From Candidatus Limnocylindria bacterium (GTDB lineage: Bacteria > Chloroflexota > Limnocylindria > P2-11E), in assembly GCA_041493915.1 (NCBI GenBank), contig JBGPZT010000003.1, forward strand, positions 1 to 59,034: a DNA stretch of 59,034 bases. Reading direction: 5' to 3'. The number at the start of each line of letters is the position of its first letter. Position 1 is the first letter of the stretch. The notes beneath the pieces were generated by a model. It did no database searches. It had not been told where the DNA came from and was given only the letters and a program-made list of their open reading frames with translations. The position numbers and the translations under genes were made by a program. This document shows positions 40,713-50,468 of the stretch, piece after piece.

Positions 40713-40751
40713 CTTCATCGTTCCTTCACACCGCTCGCCACCGACCTTCAC
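40713..40751 (+). promoter_or_regulatory. CTTCAY direct-repeat box (candidate site for the second response regulator)
   Basis: CTTCAT 40713, CTTCAC 40724, CTTCAC 40746 (11- and 22-bp spacing). Confidence 0.55.
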
Positions 40752-40800
40752 GCCCGGGCGCCATCGTCTGGGTAACAAGACCGAAAGGAAGGTGTTCAAC

Positions 40801-41031
40801 ATGATGGTCGGAATGGGAATTGGCTGGGGCTTCGGCCTCGGGTGGCTGGCGATGGTGCTCTTCTGGGTCTTCGTGGCGGCCGGGATCGCATGGCTCGTCC
40901 TCACGCTCGGTCGCTCCCCGCAGGAGCGCGGCCACGCGGCCTCGATCCTCGCGGAGCGCTACGCGCGCGGCGAGATCGATAGCGAGGAGTTCAAGGCACG
41001 CACGCACGCGATCGAGGAGGCCGCTCGATGA
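40801..41031 (+). CDS. SHOCT domain membrane protein
   Basis: ILAERYARGEIDSEEF. Confidence 0.85.
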   Translation: MMVGMGIGWGFGLGWLAMVLFWVFVAAGIAWLVLTLGRSPQERGHAASILAERYARGEIDSEEFKARTHAIEEAAR

Positions 41032-41579
41032 ACGCCACGAAGATCTTCGGCATCGTCACAGCGGTCTCCGGCGCGGCGCTCCTCCTCCTCGGCGTGGTCG
41101 CCGGCGCGTCCGCGATGACGCGCGGCGTGGCCGATCTATCCATCGCACCCAGCGGCGTGTCGTTCCCGATGGGCATGGGCACGCCGTCCATGGGCGGTGG
41201 CATGGGCATGATGGGCTCGGCCGGTATGGGTCCGGGCATGATGGGGTCCGGCCACATGTACGGCGGGGGCGGCGCCGCCACCACATCCAGCGCGGCGATC
41301 CCCGGCGCACCAGAGGTGCGCGTCACGGCCACTGAATTCACGCTCTCCCCGGCGGAGATCGTCCTCCCCGCCGGCGGCGCGGTGAACCTCACGCTCGCCA
41401 ACCGCGGCGCGCTGCCGCACGACCTCACCATCCCCGCGCTCGGCGTGCACATCGTCGTCGCGGCCGGGCAGACGCAGACCGTTGGTCTGCGGGACCTGTC
41501 CGCTGGCAGCTACCCCGCGTACTGCAGCGTGCCCGGGCACGCCGACGCGGGAATGCGCACCACCGTCGTCGTCCGTTAG
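41028..41579 (+). CDS. Cupredoxin with Met/Gly-rich linker
   Basis: PHDL...YCSVPGHADAGM. Confidence 0.9.
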   Translation: MNATKIFGIVTAVSGAALLLLGVVAGASAMTRGVADLSIAPSGVSFPMGMGTPSMGGGMGMMGSAGMGPGMMGSGHMYGGGGAATTSSAAIPGAPEVRVTATEFTLSPAEIVLPAGGAVNLTLANRGALPHDLTIPALGVHIVVAAGQTQTVGLRDLSAGSYPAYCSVPGHADAGMRTTVVVR

Positions 41580-41583
41580 GGAC

Positions 41584-42315
41584 ATGGTCGCGTTCGACGA
41601 GAATGGGCCCGTGCGCGGGCCCGTTCTCGTTGTCGACGACGAGCAGAAGATCCGTGACCTCCTCCGCGCGTACCTCGAGCGCGCGGGCTTTTCCGTCCTC
41701 ACGACCGGCTCGGGCGCGGACGCACTCGAGCAGGTGCGTCGTGCCGCTCCCGCGCTCGTCGTCCTCGACCTCGGGCTCCCGGACGTGCCGGGCGAGAGCG
41801 TGCTCCGCGAGCTTCGCAGCGAGACGGCGACGCCCGTCCTCGTGCTCACTGCGCGCGCATCCGAGGAAGACCGGCTCATCGGTCTCGGCCTCGGCGCCGA
41901 TGACTACGTCACCAAGCCGTTCAGCCCGCGTGAGGTCGTGCTCCGCGTGGAGGCGATCCTGCGTCGCGCCGCCCCGCAGGCCGAGCAGGCCCAGGAGCCG
42001 GTGCGCGCCTTCGACCGCGGTGGGTTGGTGATCGATACCGTCCGCCACGAGATCCGACGCGATCGGACAGTCGTGGCCCTTACTCCGACGGAGTGGGGCA
42101 TCCTCCTCGCGCTCGCCGAGCGGCCCGGACGGGCGTTCTCCCGCGCCGAGCTCATCAACCGCGTGCAGGGCTACGAATACGAGGGCTACGAGCGCACGGT
42201 GGACGCGCATGTGAGGAATCTGCGGCGCAAGCTCGAGCGCGATGCCCGCGCGCCGCGCGTAATCGAGACCGTGCCTGGCGTGGGCTACCGCTTTGGGGCG
42301 AAACCCGATGCTTGA
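41584..42315 (+). CDS. OmpR-family response regulator (BaeR/CopR-like)
   Basis: VVDDE, GADDYVTKPFS, ERTVDAHVRNLRRKL. Confidence 0.9.
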   Translation: MVAFDENGPVRGPVLVVDDEQKIRDLLRAYLERAGFSVLTTGSGADALEQVRRAAPALVVLDLGLPDVPGESVLRELRSETATPVLVLTARASEEDRLIGLGLGADDYVTKPFSPREVVLRVEAILRRAAPQAEQAQEPVRAFDRGGLVIDTVRHEIRRDRTVVALTPTEWGILLALAERPGRAFSRAELINRVQGYEYEGYERTVDAHVRNLRRKLERDARAPRVIETVPGVGYRFGAKPDA

Positions 42316-43705
42316 GCTCGGCCGCCTCGGCCGCCGTCTCGCGCTCGCGGCGGTCGCTGCGTCCTTCGTGGCGGTCCTGGTCGTCGCCGCGATCGATGTC
42401 GTGGCGCTGCGGCTCGAATTCGAGCGGTTCTCGCGTTCACAACAGGACGAGCGCGTGACGCAGATCGTCGCGAGCCTGGCCGACGCTTACGCGCTGCGCG
42501 GCTCGTGGTCGCCGGTGGACATCATCGGCGCTCAGCATCTCGCTGCTGTCTCGGGCGCTTCGCTCGTCCTGCATGACGCGGGCGGCACCGAAGTGATCGC
42601 GACGGGCGACATGGGGATGTCGACGATGCCGGGCATGCATGAAGCCGGCGCCCTGGGACCCGAGCGACGCGAGCCGATCCTCGTCGACGGGCGCGTCGTG
42701 GGGACGGCCGCGCTGCGTTTCCCGGCGGGCGATCTGCTACCGGCCGAGAGGGAAGTGCGCGACGCGCTCGCTCGCGCGCAGGTCCTGGGGGCGCTCGCCG
42801 CCGCGCTCATCGCGCTGCTCTTCGCGGTCGTCGTCGCACGCCGGATCACGCGTCCACTGGCGGCGCTTGCCGCGGCGACCGAGGCGCTGCGCCGCGGCGA
42901 GCGGGGCGCGCGCGTCGCCGCCCGGGGCGACGACGAGGTCGGCGACCTCGGACGAGGATTCAACGCGATGGCCGACGCGCTCGAGCGCGAGGACCAGCTA
43001 CGCCGCCAGCTCCTCGGCGACGTGGCCCACGAGCTGCGCACGCCGCTCACGAACATCCAGGGGCACCTCGAGGCGCTCCGCGACGGTGTGTTGCCCGCCG
43101 AACCCGCGACCTTCGCGTCTCTACACGATGAGGCCTCGCGCCTTGGTCGCCTCGTCGCCGACCTCGAATCGCTCGCGCGCGCCGAGGCCGCGGGCCTCTC
43201 GCTGGAGCGCGCCCCCTGCGACCTCGCCGCCGTCGCTCGCGACGTAGCGGCGGAGCTCGACGATCGCTTCCGTGCGAAGGGCGTCTCGCTTGACCTGGCG
43301 CTCGGACCCGCCGAGGTCCTCGGCGATGCCGATCGGTTGGCTCAGATCGCGCGCAACCTGCTTTCGAACGCGCTGAAGTACACGCCCGTGGGTGGGCACG
43401 TGCGCCTGGTCACGGCGCGCGACCAGCGTCGCGCGATGCTCGACGTCACCGACGACGGGCCGGGCATCGCCAGGGATGATCTTGCGCACGTCTTCGATCG
43501 CTTCTGGCGCGGCACGAACACCGCCGGCGTGTCTGGGAGCGGCATCGGTCTCACAGTCGCGCGTGAGCTCGCGCGCGCTCACGGCGGCGACCTTATGGCG
43601 CGCAGCGAGCTCGGGCGCGGTAGCACGTTCACCGCGGCACTCCCGCTCGCCCATGCGCCAGCCGTGGCGGCTCGTCAGGAACGGATGATCGACCAGGCGA
43701 GGTAG
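42308..43705 (+). CDS. Sensor histidine kinase with Met/His-rich sensor loop
   Basis: AHELRTPL, NLLSNA, GSGIGL; DMGMSTMPGMH. Confidence 0.9.
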   Translation: MLELGRLGRRLALAAVAASFVAVLVVAAIDVVALRLEFERFSRSQQDERVTQIVASLADAYALRGSWSPVDIIGAQHLAAVSGASLVLHDAGGTEVIATGDMGMSTMPGMHEAGALGPERREPILVDGRVVGTAALRFPAGDLLPAEREVRDALARAQVLGALAAALIALLFAVVVARRITRPLAALAAATEALRRGERGARVAARGDDEVGDLGRGFNAMADALEREDQLRRQLLGDVAHELRTPLTNIQGHLEALRDGVLPAEPATFASLHDEASRLGRLVADLESLARAEAAGLSLERAPCDLAAVARDVAAELDDRFRAKGVSLDLALGPAEVLGDADRLAQIARNLLSNALKYTPVGGHVRLVTARDQRRAMLDVTDDGPGIARDDLAHVFDRFWRGTNTAGVSGSGIGLTVARELARAHGGDLMARSELGRGSTFTAALPLAHAPAVAARQERMIDQAR

Positions 43706-43802
43706 GCGCCCAGGCCAGCGGCGAAGAAGAAGCCGACGGCGAACGCGACGAGTGGTGCCCAGGCCTCCCAGCCGGCGGGTGGGGGCCTCGACGCTCGTCA
43801 CC

Positions 43803-44078
43803 TCACGCCGCGCGTTCCCATGACGCCCCGATGCAGCGCGGCTCGACGATCACGTCGGCGAGCGCTCCCGCGGACCGACCGACGGCGAGCGCGATCTCGG
43901 GTTGCGCGGTGGTGAGATGCACTTTGATGAGCGACTCGTCGCCAGCGACGGCGATCGCGCCGCCGTGCGGCTCGTCCCCAAGCCTCGCGGCGAGCTCGCG
44001 CTGCAACGCGTCTGCTGGACGGAACGGCTCGACGATGAGGTACTCGACGCGGTAGCGGCGCGCTCGCCCTGCGCTCAT
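43803..44078 (-). CDS. Small protein resembling the DAK2/FakA middle domain
   Basis: VAGDESLIKVHL...P motif. Confidence 0.55.
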   Translation of the reverse strand: MSAGRARRYRVEYLIVEPFRPADALQRELAARLGDEPHGGAIAVAGDESLIKVHLTTAQPEIALAVGRSAGALADVIVEPRCIGASWERAA

Positions 44079-44097
44079 AAGAGCGGGCCGCTCATGT

Positions 44098-44298
44098 TCA
44101 GTGATGCCCGTGCTCATGTGTGTGTTTCCCGCATCCGCCGTGGTCGGGATCGGCGCCGTTGCGAAGGTAGCGTCCGGGATCAGCATCGAAGCGCTCCTTA
44201 CAGCGCGGGCAACGGAAGCGGTACGTGATGCCTTTATAGACAGAGGTTGGCGCGGTCTCGCGATCGACGGGCTTGGCGCAGACGGGGCAGTCGAGCAT
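44098..44298 (-). CDS. YHS domain protein with His-rich tail
   Basis: CPVC...YRFRCPRC..F...P..Y; HTHEHGHH; GAGGAGG RBS. Confidence 0.85.
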   Translation of the reverse strand: MLDCPVCAKPVDRETAPTSVYKGITYRFRCPRCKERFDADPGRYLRNGADPDHGGCGKHTHEHGHH

Positions 44299-44362
44299 TT
44301 TGTCCTCCTCGCGCGTCTTTGGGAGGCGCACTTCATCTTGGTGCCCAGCGTGACTGCGTTGC

Positions 44363-44446
44363 CTGACGAGGCGCTGTGACCCACCTGAGGCACGCCTGAG
44401 AAGCGGTTCTCAGCGGCCAACCAGCGTAGGTCCAGCCCGATTCCAG
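44363..44446. promoter_or_regulatory. Mirror-image 4+4 MprA-box-like array in divergent promoter
   Basis: CTGACG,CTGTGA,CTGAGG,CTGAGA -N6- TCTCAG,AACCAG,GTCCAG,TTCCAG at 11-bp period. Confidence 0.8.
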
Positions 44447-44468
44447 CCGCGGCAGCGAGGCTCGGGTC

Positions 44469-45593
44469 ATGCGGCAGAACGGCTGGCGCCTCGGAAGCGC
44501 CTACGGGATCCCGATCACCATCCACTACAGCTGGCTCTTTATCTTCGCGCTCGTGGTCTGGTCGCTCGCGTCCGACTACCTGCCCATGCACCACCCCGGC
44601 ATCACCGGCGGCGCCAACTGGGCCGGGGCGATCGTGGCCGCGCTCCTGTTCTTCGCATCGGTGCTCGCCCATGAGCTCGCGCACTCGCTGGTCGCGCGCG
44701 CGAACGGCATCCCCGTCGACGGCATCACCCTGTTCGCGCTGGGCGGCGTATCCGAGCTCAAGCGCGACGCGACCCGCCCGCGCATCGAGCTCGCGGTCGC
44801 TCTCGTCGGTCCGCTCACCAGCCTCGCCCTCGCGGCGCTGCTCTGGCTCGCCTGGGGCGCCCTCCTGCCCCTGAGCATGCCAGCGGCCGCGGTCGCGTTC
44901 TACCTTGCCTACGGCAACGCCGCGCTGGGCATCTTCAATCTCATCCCCGGCTATCCGCTGGACGGCGGTCGCGCGCTGCGTGCCATCGCGTGGGCGGTGA
45001 GCGGCGACTTCGGGCGGGCGACGCGGCTCGCTGTTCGCACCGGACACGTCGCCGCCGGGCTGCTCGTCGCGTTTGGTGCATTGCAGGCCTTCGATGGCGC
45101 GGGAGCGAGCGGGCTCTGGCTGATCCTCATCGGCTGGTTCCTCTGGAGCTCGGCCGAGCAGGAGGGAACACGCACGACGATCCAGTCGGCGTTGAAGAGT
45201 CGCACCGTCGACACTTTCGTCAACTGGAACATCGCTGTGCTCGATGCGGACGCCAGCGTCGCCGATGCCGTCGAGCGGATCGCCGCAGCGCCACCGCAGC
45301 CGCTCTATCCCGTGATCGCCGATGGCGGCCTGCTCGGCACGCTCACGCCGCACGATATCGGGCGCTTCCCGGTCGAGCGCTGGCGCTCGACCTCGGTGAA
45401 CTGGCTCACCCGCCGCACTGCGGCGCTGCCGATCCTGCCGCTCGGCGCGGACGCTTTCGACTCGCTCGGCAAGCTCGACGAGCTGCACGCCGACGCGCTC
45501 CCCGTCGCCGACGGCAGGGGTCGGCCGGTGGGCATCTTCGAGCGGAGCGCGGTGCTGCGCTGGCTCCAGCTTCAGTCGTCGCTTTCCCCGTAG
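44469..45593 (+). CDS. Site-2 protease (M50) with CBS domains
   Basis: HELAH, NLIPGYPLDGG, C-terminal CBS pair. Confidence 0.9.
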   Translation: MRQNGWRLGSAYGIPITIHYSWLFIFALVVWSLASDYLPMHHPGITGGANWAGAIVAALLFFASVLAHELAHSLVARANGIPVDGITLFALGGVSELKRDATRPRIELAVALVGPLTSLALAALLWLAWGALLPLSMPAAAVAFYLAYGNAALGIFNLIPGYPLDGGRALRAIAWAVSGDFGRATRLAVRTGHVAAGLLVAFGALQAFDGAGASGLWLILIGWFLWSSAEQEGTRTTIQSALKSRTVDTFVNWNIAVLDADASVADAVERIAAAPPQPLYPVIADGGLLGTLTPHDIGRFPVERWRSTSVNWLTRRTAALPILPLGADAFDSLGKLDELHADALPVADGRGRPVGIFERSAVLRWLQLQSSLSP

Positions 45594-45727
45594 TTGTAAG
45601 ACACATGTGAGGTGGCAACGACGGGCGCTTTGGGTTCCTAGCGGCACTGGCACATCAACCACCACACCACCAACGACAACCAGGAGGACGCGGGCGGCGG
45701 TGGGCTTACGATGATCATCCAGGTGGA

Positions 45728-46255
45728 TTGAACGTCTCCGGCTTCGCGACACCCCACGCTCTGTCAGGACGATGCTTTCTATCAGCCCTGACCGTGCTCA
45801 TCCTCGGCGTGACCTGCGCGGCTCGTCCCGTACCCGTCACCAACAGTGAGCTCCCGCTGGCGACGGGCCTCATTCGCGTTCCCACCAATCTTGCGAACGG
45901 CCGGGTCGAAATCACGATCGCCGATAGTTACGCCATCGGCGTCGTCGCGAGCATCCCGATCACGATCAGCGCAACACGAGGCACGATCCGCGGTCCGATC
46001 GCCGCGCGCGTCGTCGCCAACGGTATGGGCGGTCGAGGCGTTCCGTCGGAGGTGACGGTGCGCCGCCTAAAGGTTGCGCCCGTGACCGCGAGCGCCGGTG
46101 GGCGGCAGGCGACGGCCGTCACCTGGGATGGTCGCGATGAGCAGGGAATCGTTGTGCCCGGGGATGCGTACGTGCTGATCCTCGATATGGAAACGACCGA
46201 CGGCACGGGGATCCATGTGGCGAGCGCGAGCGTGACACTCCAGTGGGATCCCTGA
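45728..46255 (+). CDS. Secreted protein with FlgD-like Ig motif
   Basis: TWDGRDEQG..PGDAY; start uncertain. Confidence 0.5.
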   Translation: MNVSGFATPHALSGRCFLSALTVLILGVTCAARPVPVTNSELPLATGLIRVPTNLANGRVEITIADSYAIGVVASIPITISATRGTIRGPIAARVVANGMGGRGVPSEVTVRRLKVAPVTASAGGRQATAVTWDGRDEQGIVVPGDAYVLILDMETTDGTGIHVASASVTLQWDP

Positions 46256-46529
46256 CCGACCGTCGCCCCGTCTTGGTGACGACTCCGCGGCCTCAGCGAC
46301 CTCGCAGATCCCGGCGCCCGCGCCCGGCTGTTCCGCTCTCGTGCGTTCGGCATCGGCGCGCTTGCGCTGTACGCGATCGCGCGCGTGGTGATCGGGAGCT
46401 AGATGAGCGGACGCATCACGTCATCGACGGAGCCGAGCCCGGGCGCGGCCGCGAGCGCGGAGCCGGGCGAAGAGCAGCAACACGAAGCCGGCGCGGTCGC
46501 CGTCGCCGCATCGTGGATCATGCGGCTGG

Positions 46530-46568
46530 TACGATGGATGAGCTACCCCTCCCCCCAGGGGGTGGGTA
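46530..46568 (+). promoter_or_regulatory. -10 element and CsoR-type operator
   Basis: TACGAT at 46530; TACCC-CTCCCCCCAGGGGGT-GGGTA pseudo-palindrome at 46544-46568. Confidence 0.7.
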
Positions 46569-46594
46569 CGCGCGCAGGAAGACGGAGGCCCGAG

Positions 46595-46858
46595 ATGCAG
46601 GCGGACACAAGCGAGCTCGACGCGCGCCTCGCGTCGATCGAAGGGCACATCAAAGGTATTCGGAGGATGGTCCAGGACGACACGTACTGCGTTGACGTGC
46701 TCAAGCAGACGTTCGCCGTGGAGCGCGCGCTGCAGAAGTTCGAGGCTGAGCTGCTCCGCGGGCACCTCGCGACCTGCGTTCCCACCGGCTTCAAGGAAGG
46801 TCGGAACGAGAAGATGGTCGAAGAGCTGACCGATCTCTTCGCACTGGCACGCAAGTGA
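46595..46858 (+). CDS. csoR: Copper-sensing repressor CsoR
   Basis: RL..IEGH, YCVDV, H..TC ligands; GGAGG RBS. Confidence 0.88.
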   Translation: MQADTSELDARLASIEGHIKGIRRMVQDDTYCVDVLKQTFAVERALQKFEAELLRGHLATCVPTGFKEGRNEKMVEELTDLFALARK

Positions 46859-49158
46859 CAACGACCGCCGCGACGACGATGACCACGGCAGCCGCGACAC
46901 CCGCGGCGAAGCGCGAGCTCGCGATCACCGGCATGACCTGCGCGTCCTGCGTCCATTCCGTGGAGACGGCGCTCGCGAGCGTGCCCGGTGTCGCCTCGGC
47001 AGAGGTCAATCTCGCGAACGAGCGCGCGACCGTACGGCTCGATCCGGCGCACGCCGAGCTCAGCGCCCTGGTGAAGGCCGTCGAGCGTGCGGGGTACGGC
47101 GCTCTCGTCATTCCCGAGGGCGACGCCGCGCGCAGTGCGGCCATCGAGGACGAGCGCGCCCTCCGGCTGCGGTACGTCGATTCGCTCCGCCGCCGCCTGG
47201 TGGTGGCAGGCGTGCTCGCCGGGCTCGCGATCCTCCTGTCGATGATCGCGCCCCTCGTGGTCCCTGATCTCGAAGGGGCACCGTGGCGGCCCTACGCGCT
47301 GTTCTTGCTCGCCACGCCCGTGCAGCTCTGGGCGGCGGCGCCGTTCTACCGCGCGGCGTGGAACGCCGCACGGCATGGCACGAGCAACATGAACACGCTC
47401 ATCGCGGTCGGGACGACTGCCGCCTACGGCCTGTCCGTCGCGGCGACGTTCCTGCCGGACCTCTTCCGGGCCAACGGCCTCGTGCCGACCCAGAACCTTT
47501 ACTACGAGACCTCGAGCGCGATCATCGCGCTGGTCCTGGCCGGTCGTTTCATGGAAGCGCGCGCTCGGGCGCACACGGGCGACGCCATCCGCGCCCTCCT
47601 GGCCCTCGGCGCCAAGACCGCGCGGGTCCGCCGACCCGGCGGCCTCGAGGAGGACGTGCCGATCGAGCAGCTGAGCATCGGCGATGTCGTGCTCGTCCGT
47701 CCGGGCGAGACCATCGCCACCGACGGTCTGCTCCTCGCCGGGACCTCCGCGGTCGACGAGTCGATGCTTACCGGTGAATCGATCCCGGTCGAGAAGAATC
47801 CCGGTGACGAGGTCACCGGCGGAACGCTCAATACCACGGGCGCGCTGCGTTTCCGCGCGACGCGGGTGGGCGAGAACACGACGCTCGCGCAGATCGTCCG
47901 GCTCGTCGAGGGCGCACAGGCCTCGAAGGCGCCCATCCAGCGCCTCGTCGACCAGATCGCTGCGGTCTTCGTGCCGATCGTTTTCGTCATCGCTGGTCTT
48001 GCGTTCGTCGCGTGGATCGTGCTCGGTCCCGAGCCGAAGCTGACCTACGCGCTCACGGCGTTCATCGCCGTGCTCATCATCGCGTGCCCCTGCGCGCTCG
48101 GGCTTGCGACACCAACGGCGATCATGGTCGGTACCGGCCGCGGCGCCTCGCGTGGAATTCTCATCAAGAGCGCGATCGCCCTCGAGGCCGCCCAGCGGAT
48201 CGACACGGTCGCCTTCGACAAGACCGGCACCCTCACCGTCGGACGGCCTGAGGTCACGGACATCCTGAGCTGTTCCGACTACGGCGAGGACGAAGCCCTC
48301 CGGCTCATCGCGAGCGCCGAGCTGCGCTCTGAGCACCCGCTTGCCGGTGCCGTGCTCGAGGCGGCGCGCACGAAGGGGCTTGTGGCAAGCGAACCTGCGC
48401 TCTTCGAGTCGTTCCCGGGCCAGGGTGTGCACGCCGTCGTCGATGGCCACGATGTGTACGTCGGCAACCGGAGCTTCGCGATGGCACATGGTTTCGCCGA
48501 TCTGGGTGACGGCCTGCTCGCGCATCACGAGTCGCAGGGCAAGACGCCGCTCATCGCGACCATCGACGGCAGGCCGCTCGCGATCCTGGCGCTCGCCGAC
48601 GTGCCACGCGCGGCCGCGGCGGACGCGATCCGTGAGCTGCGGCGTATGGGACTGCGGACGATCCTCGTCTCGGGCGATACGCGACGCACCGCGGAGGCGA
48701 TCGGCCGCAGCCTCGGGATCGAAGAGATCCGCGCTGAGGTCCGCCCGGACGGCAAAGCGGCGCTCGTAGCCGAGCTGCAGAAAGCGGGTCGCAGGGTCGC
48801 GATGGTGGGCGACGGCGTCAACGACGCGCCCGCGCTCGCCCAGGCGGACCTCGGCATCGCCATCGGCAGCGGCACGGATGTCGCGATCGCGTCGGCGGGC
48901 ATGATCCTCGTGGGCGCCGATCCTCGCGGCGTCGCCCGGGCGCTTCGGCTGTCCCGCAAGACGGTGGGGACGATCCGCACGAACCTGTTCTGGGCGTTCT
49001 TCTACAACGTCGCGCTCATCCCGCTCGCGGCGGGCGTGCTCTATCCGTTCCTGGGCGTGCTGCTGTCGCCGATCTTCGCCGCCGGCGCGATGGCGGTCTC
49101 GTCCGTGACCGTGGTGACCAACTCCCTGCGCCTGCGCGGCGCGACCATCGATCGATGA
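46855..49158 (+). CDS. copA: Copper-translocating P1B-1 ATPase
   Basis: GMTCASC HMA, CPC, DKTGT, YN, MAVSS. Confidence 0.95.
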   Translation: MTTTAATTMTTAAATPAAKRELAITGMTCASCVHSVETALASVPGVASAEVNLANERATVRLDPAHAELSALVKAVERAGYGALVIPEGDAARSAAIEDERALRLRYVDSLRRRLVVAGVLAGLAILLSMIAPLVVPDLEGAPWRPYALFLLATPVQLWAAAPFYRAAWNAARHGTSNMNTLIAVGTTAAYGLSVAATFLPDLFRANGLVPTQNLYYETSSAIIALVLAGRFMEARARAHTGDAIRALLALGAKTARVRRPGGLEEDVPIEQLSIGDVVLVRPGETIATDGLLLAGTSAVDESMLTGESIPVEKNPGDEVTGGTLNTTGALRFRATRVGENTTLAQIVRLVEGAQASKAPIQRLVDQIAAVFVPIVFVIAGLAFVAWIVLGPEPKLTYALTAFIAVLIIACPCALGLATPTAIMVGTGRGASRGILIKSAIALEAAQRIDTVAFDKTGTLTVGRPEVTDILSCSDYGEDEALRLIASAELRSEHPLAGAVLEAARTKGLVASEPALFESFPGQGVHAVVDGHDVYVGNRSFAMAHGFADLGDGLLAHHESQGKTPLIATIDGRPLAILALADVPRAAAADAIRELRRMGLRTILVSGDTRRTAEAIGRSLGIEEIRAEVRPDGKAALVAELQKAGRRVAMVGDGVNDAPALAQADLGIAIGSGTDVAIASAGMILVGADPRGVARALRLSRKTVGTIRTNLFWAFFYNVALIPLAAGVLYPFLGVLLSPIFAAGAMAVSSVTVVTNSLRLRGATIDR

Positions 49159-49174
49159 AGGAAGGTGCCTTGCG

Positions 49175-49576
49175 ATGACCAAGCTGCTGGACCCGGTGTG
49201 CGACATGGTGGTCGACCTGGAGGACGCGCGCGATCACGGCCTGACGCTGGAGTTGCCAGATCGCGAGTACGCCTTCTGCGCCCACGGTTGCCTGACGAAA
49301 TTCGCGAAGTCGCCGGAAACGTACAAGGCGAAGGTGGACGCGTGGCTCGCGGCGGAGGCCGCTGGCGAGCAGGCCGCGCCGCATGGTCACAGCGATGCGG
49401 TGCCGACGATCGACCAGGGCATGCGCGAGTGGTACAAGTCATGCCGCTGCTGCCTGAGCGATGCCTACCCGAAGGTCGTCGAGCAGCTCGACGCCGAACG
49501 CGCGTCGCTGGCGCAGGCGCCGTCAGACGCTGGCATCTGCGAGACGGCGGAAGCCCAACAGCCCGGCCATCCGTGA
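49175..49576 (+). CDS. YHS domain protein with Cys-rich C-terminal extension
   Basis: DPVC...FCAHGC; WYKSCRCC. Confidence 0.85.
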   Translation: MTKLLDPVCDMVVDLEDARDHGLTLELPDREYAFCAHGCLTKFAKSPETYKAKVDAWLAAEAAGEQAAPHGHSDAVPTIDQGMREWYKSCRCCLSDAYPKVVEQLDAERASLAQAPSDAGICETAEAQQPGHP

Positions 49577-49601
49577 TCGTGGCCCGCGCATCGATCGGCT
49601 G

Positions 49602-49790
49602 ATGCAACACACGGCGGATCACGCCGACGCGGCCACTGAGACGGTCGAGGTCACACTTGACGATGTCTTCTGTCCGTGTTGCGAGATCGAGGGCTGCACT
49701 TCCGCAACCCCGTGCCGTTGCCGAGGGTCTCGGTCAGCAGCCACGAGTCGATGCACCACGCGGCGATGGAAGCGGACATGCCTCAGCTGA
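49602..49790 (+). pseudogene. Probable remnant of a heavy-metal ATPase N-terminus
   Basis: LDDVFCPCC in one frame, HESMHHAAMEADM in another; compare MDEIVRDM in 32754-35150. Confidence 0.4.
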
Positions 49791-49874
49791 ACGTCTGTCC
49801 GCCCCCCGCGCGGCACCATCGCCCTAAGTCGCGCGGCTACCATTGGCCGGAGCCGAGGCAGTAGGGAGCCAAAC

Positions 49875-50420
49875 ATGCGCGGTCTTGTAGTAGGAGTCGT
49901 CACTGCGCTCGTGATCGGCGCCTGCGCCGGCGCCACAGCTTCACCAGGCGCCGGCCGCACGATCCAGATCGAGATGAATGACTACTCGTTCTCGCCTGAG
50001 ATCATCAGTTTGCGGGCCGGGGAGAAGGTCACCCTCAGCTTCAAGAACGTTGGCAAGCTCGAGCATGAGTTCATGGCCGGTAGCGAACCGGTCATCGGCA
50101 AGGGCTACGCGATGGACTGGCTCGCCGGAGCGCAACTGAGCGGAACCGCCGACCACGGGATGGCCCACGGCGGCGAGGGCGTACGTGTCGCACCAAACGG
50201 AACCGCGGTCGCGACCATCGTCGTCCCCGAACCGGGCGGTGCGTTCGAGTTCGGCTGTTTCGTCATCGCTCACTATGAGAGCGGCATGCGCGGACGCTTG
50301 ATCGTCGAGGCCGCTGCGGCGCCGATTCCCGGAGAGACGGCCGGCGCGAGCAGGGCTCCCATCCAAACATCGATGCCGTCACACGCTCCGATGGGTGGCG
50401 ACGATGGCGAGGGCCACTAG
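49875..50420 (+). CDS. Cupredoxin lipoprotein (type-1 Cu)
   Basis: Lipobox IGAC; HEF...FGCFVIAHYESGM. Confidence 0.88.
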   Translation: MRGLVVGVVTALVIGACAGATASPGAGRTIQIEMNDYSFSPEIISLRAGEKVTLSFKNVGKLEHEFMAGSEPVIGKGYAMDWLAGAQLSGTADHGMAHGGEGVRVAPNGTAVATIVVPEPGGAFEFGCFVIAHYESGMRGRLIVEAAAAPIPGETAGASRAPIQTSMPSHAPMGGDDGEGH

Positions 50421-50468
50421 CGCCTTCCTACATACACTCGATCCGCGAGTTCGTTCGGAAACGCACAC

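Noticed and set aside
11905-50420. Selenoproteins (TGA readthrough) near selC
   Set aside because: The TGA stops checked in Cys-rich genes end complete domains or overlap the next start; no Cys-position TGA with a SECIS-like hairpin was seen (not exhaustive)
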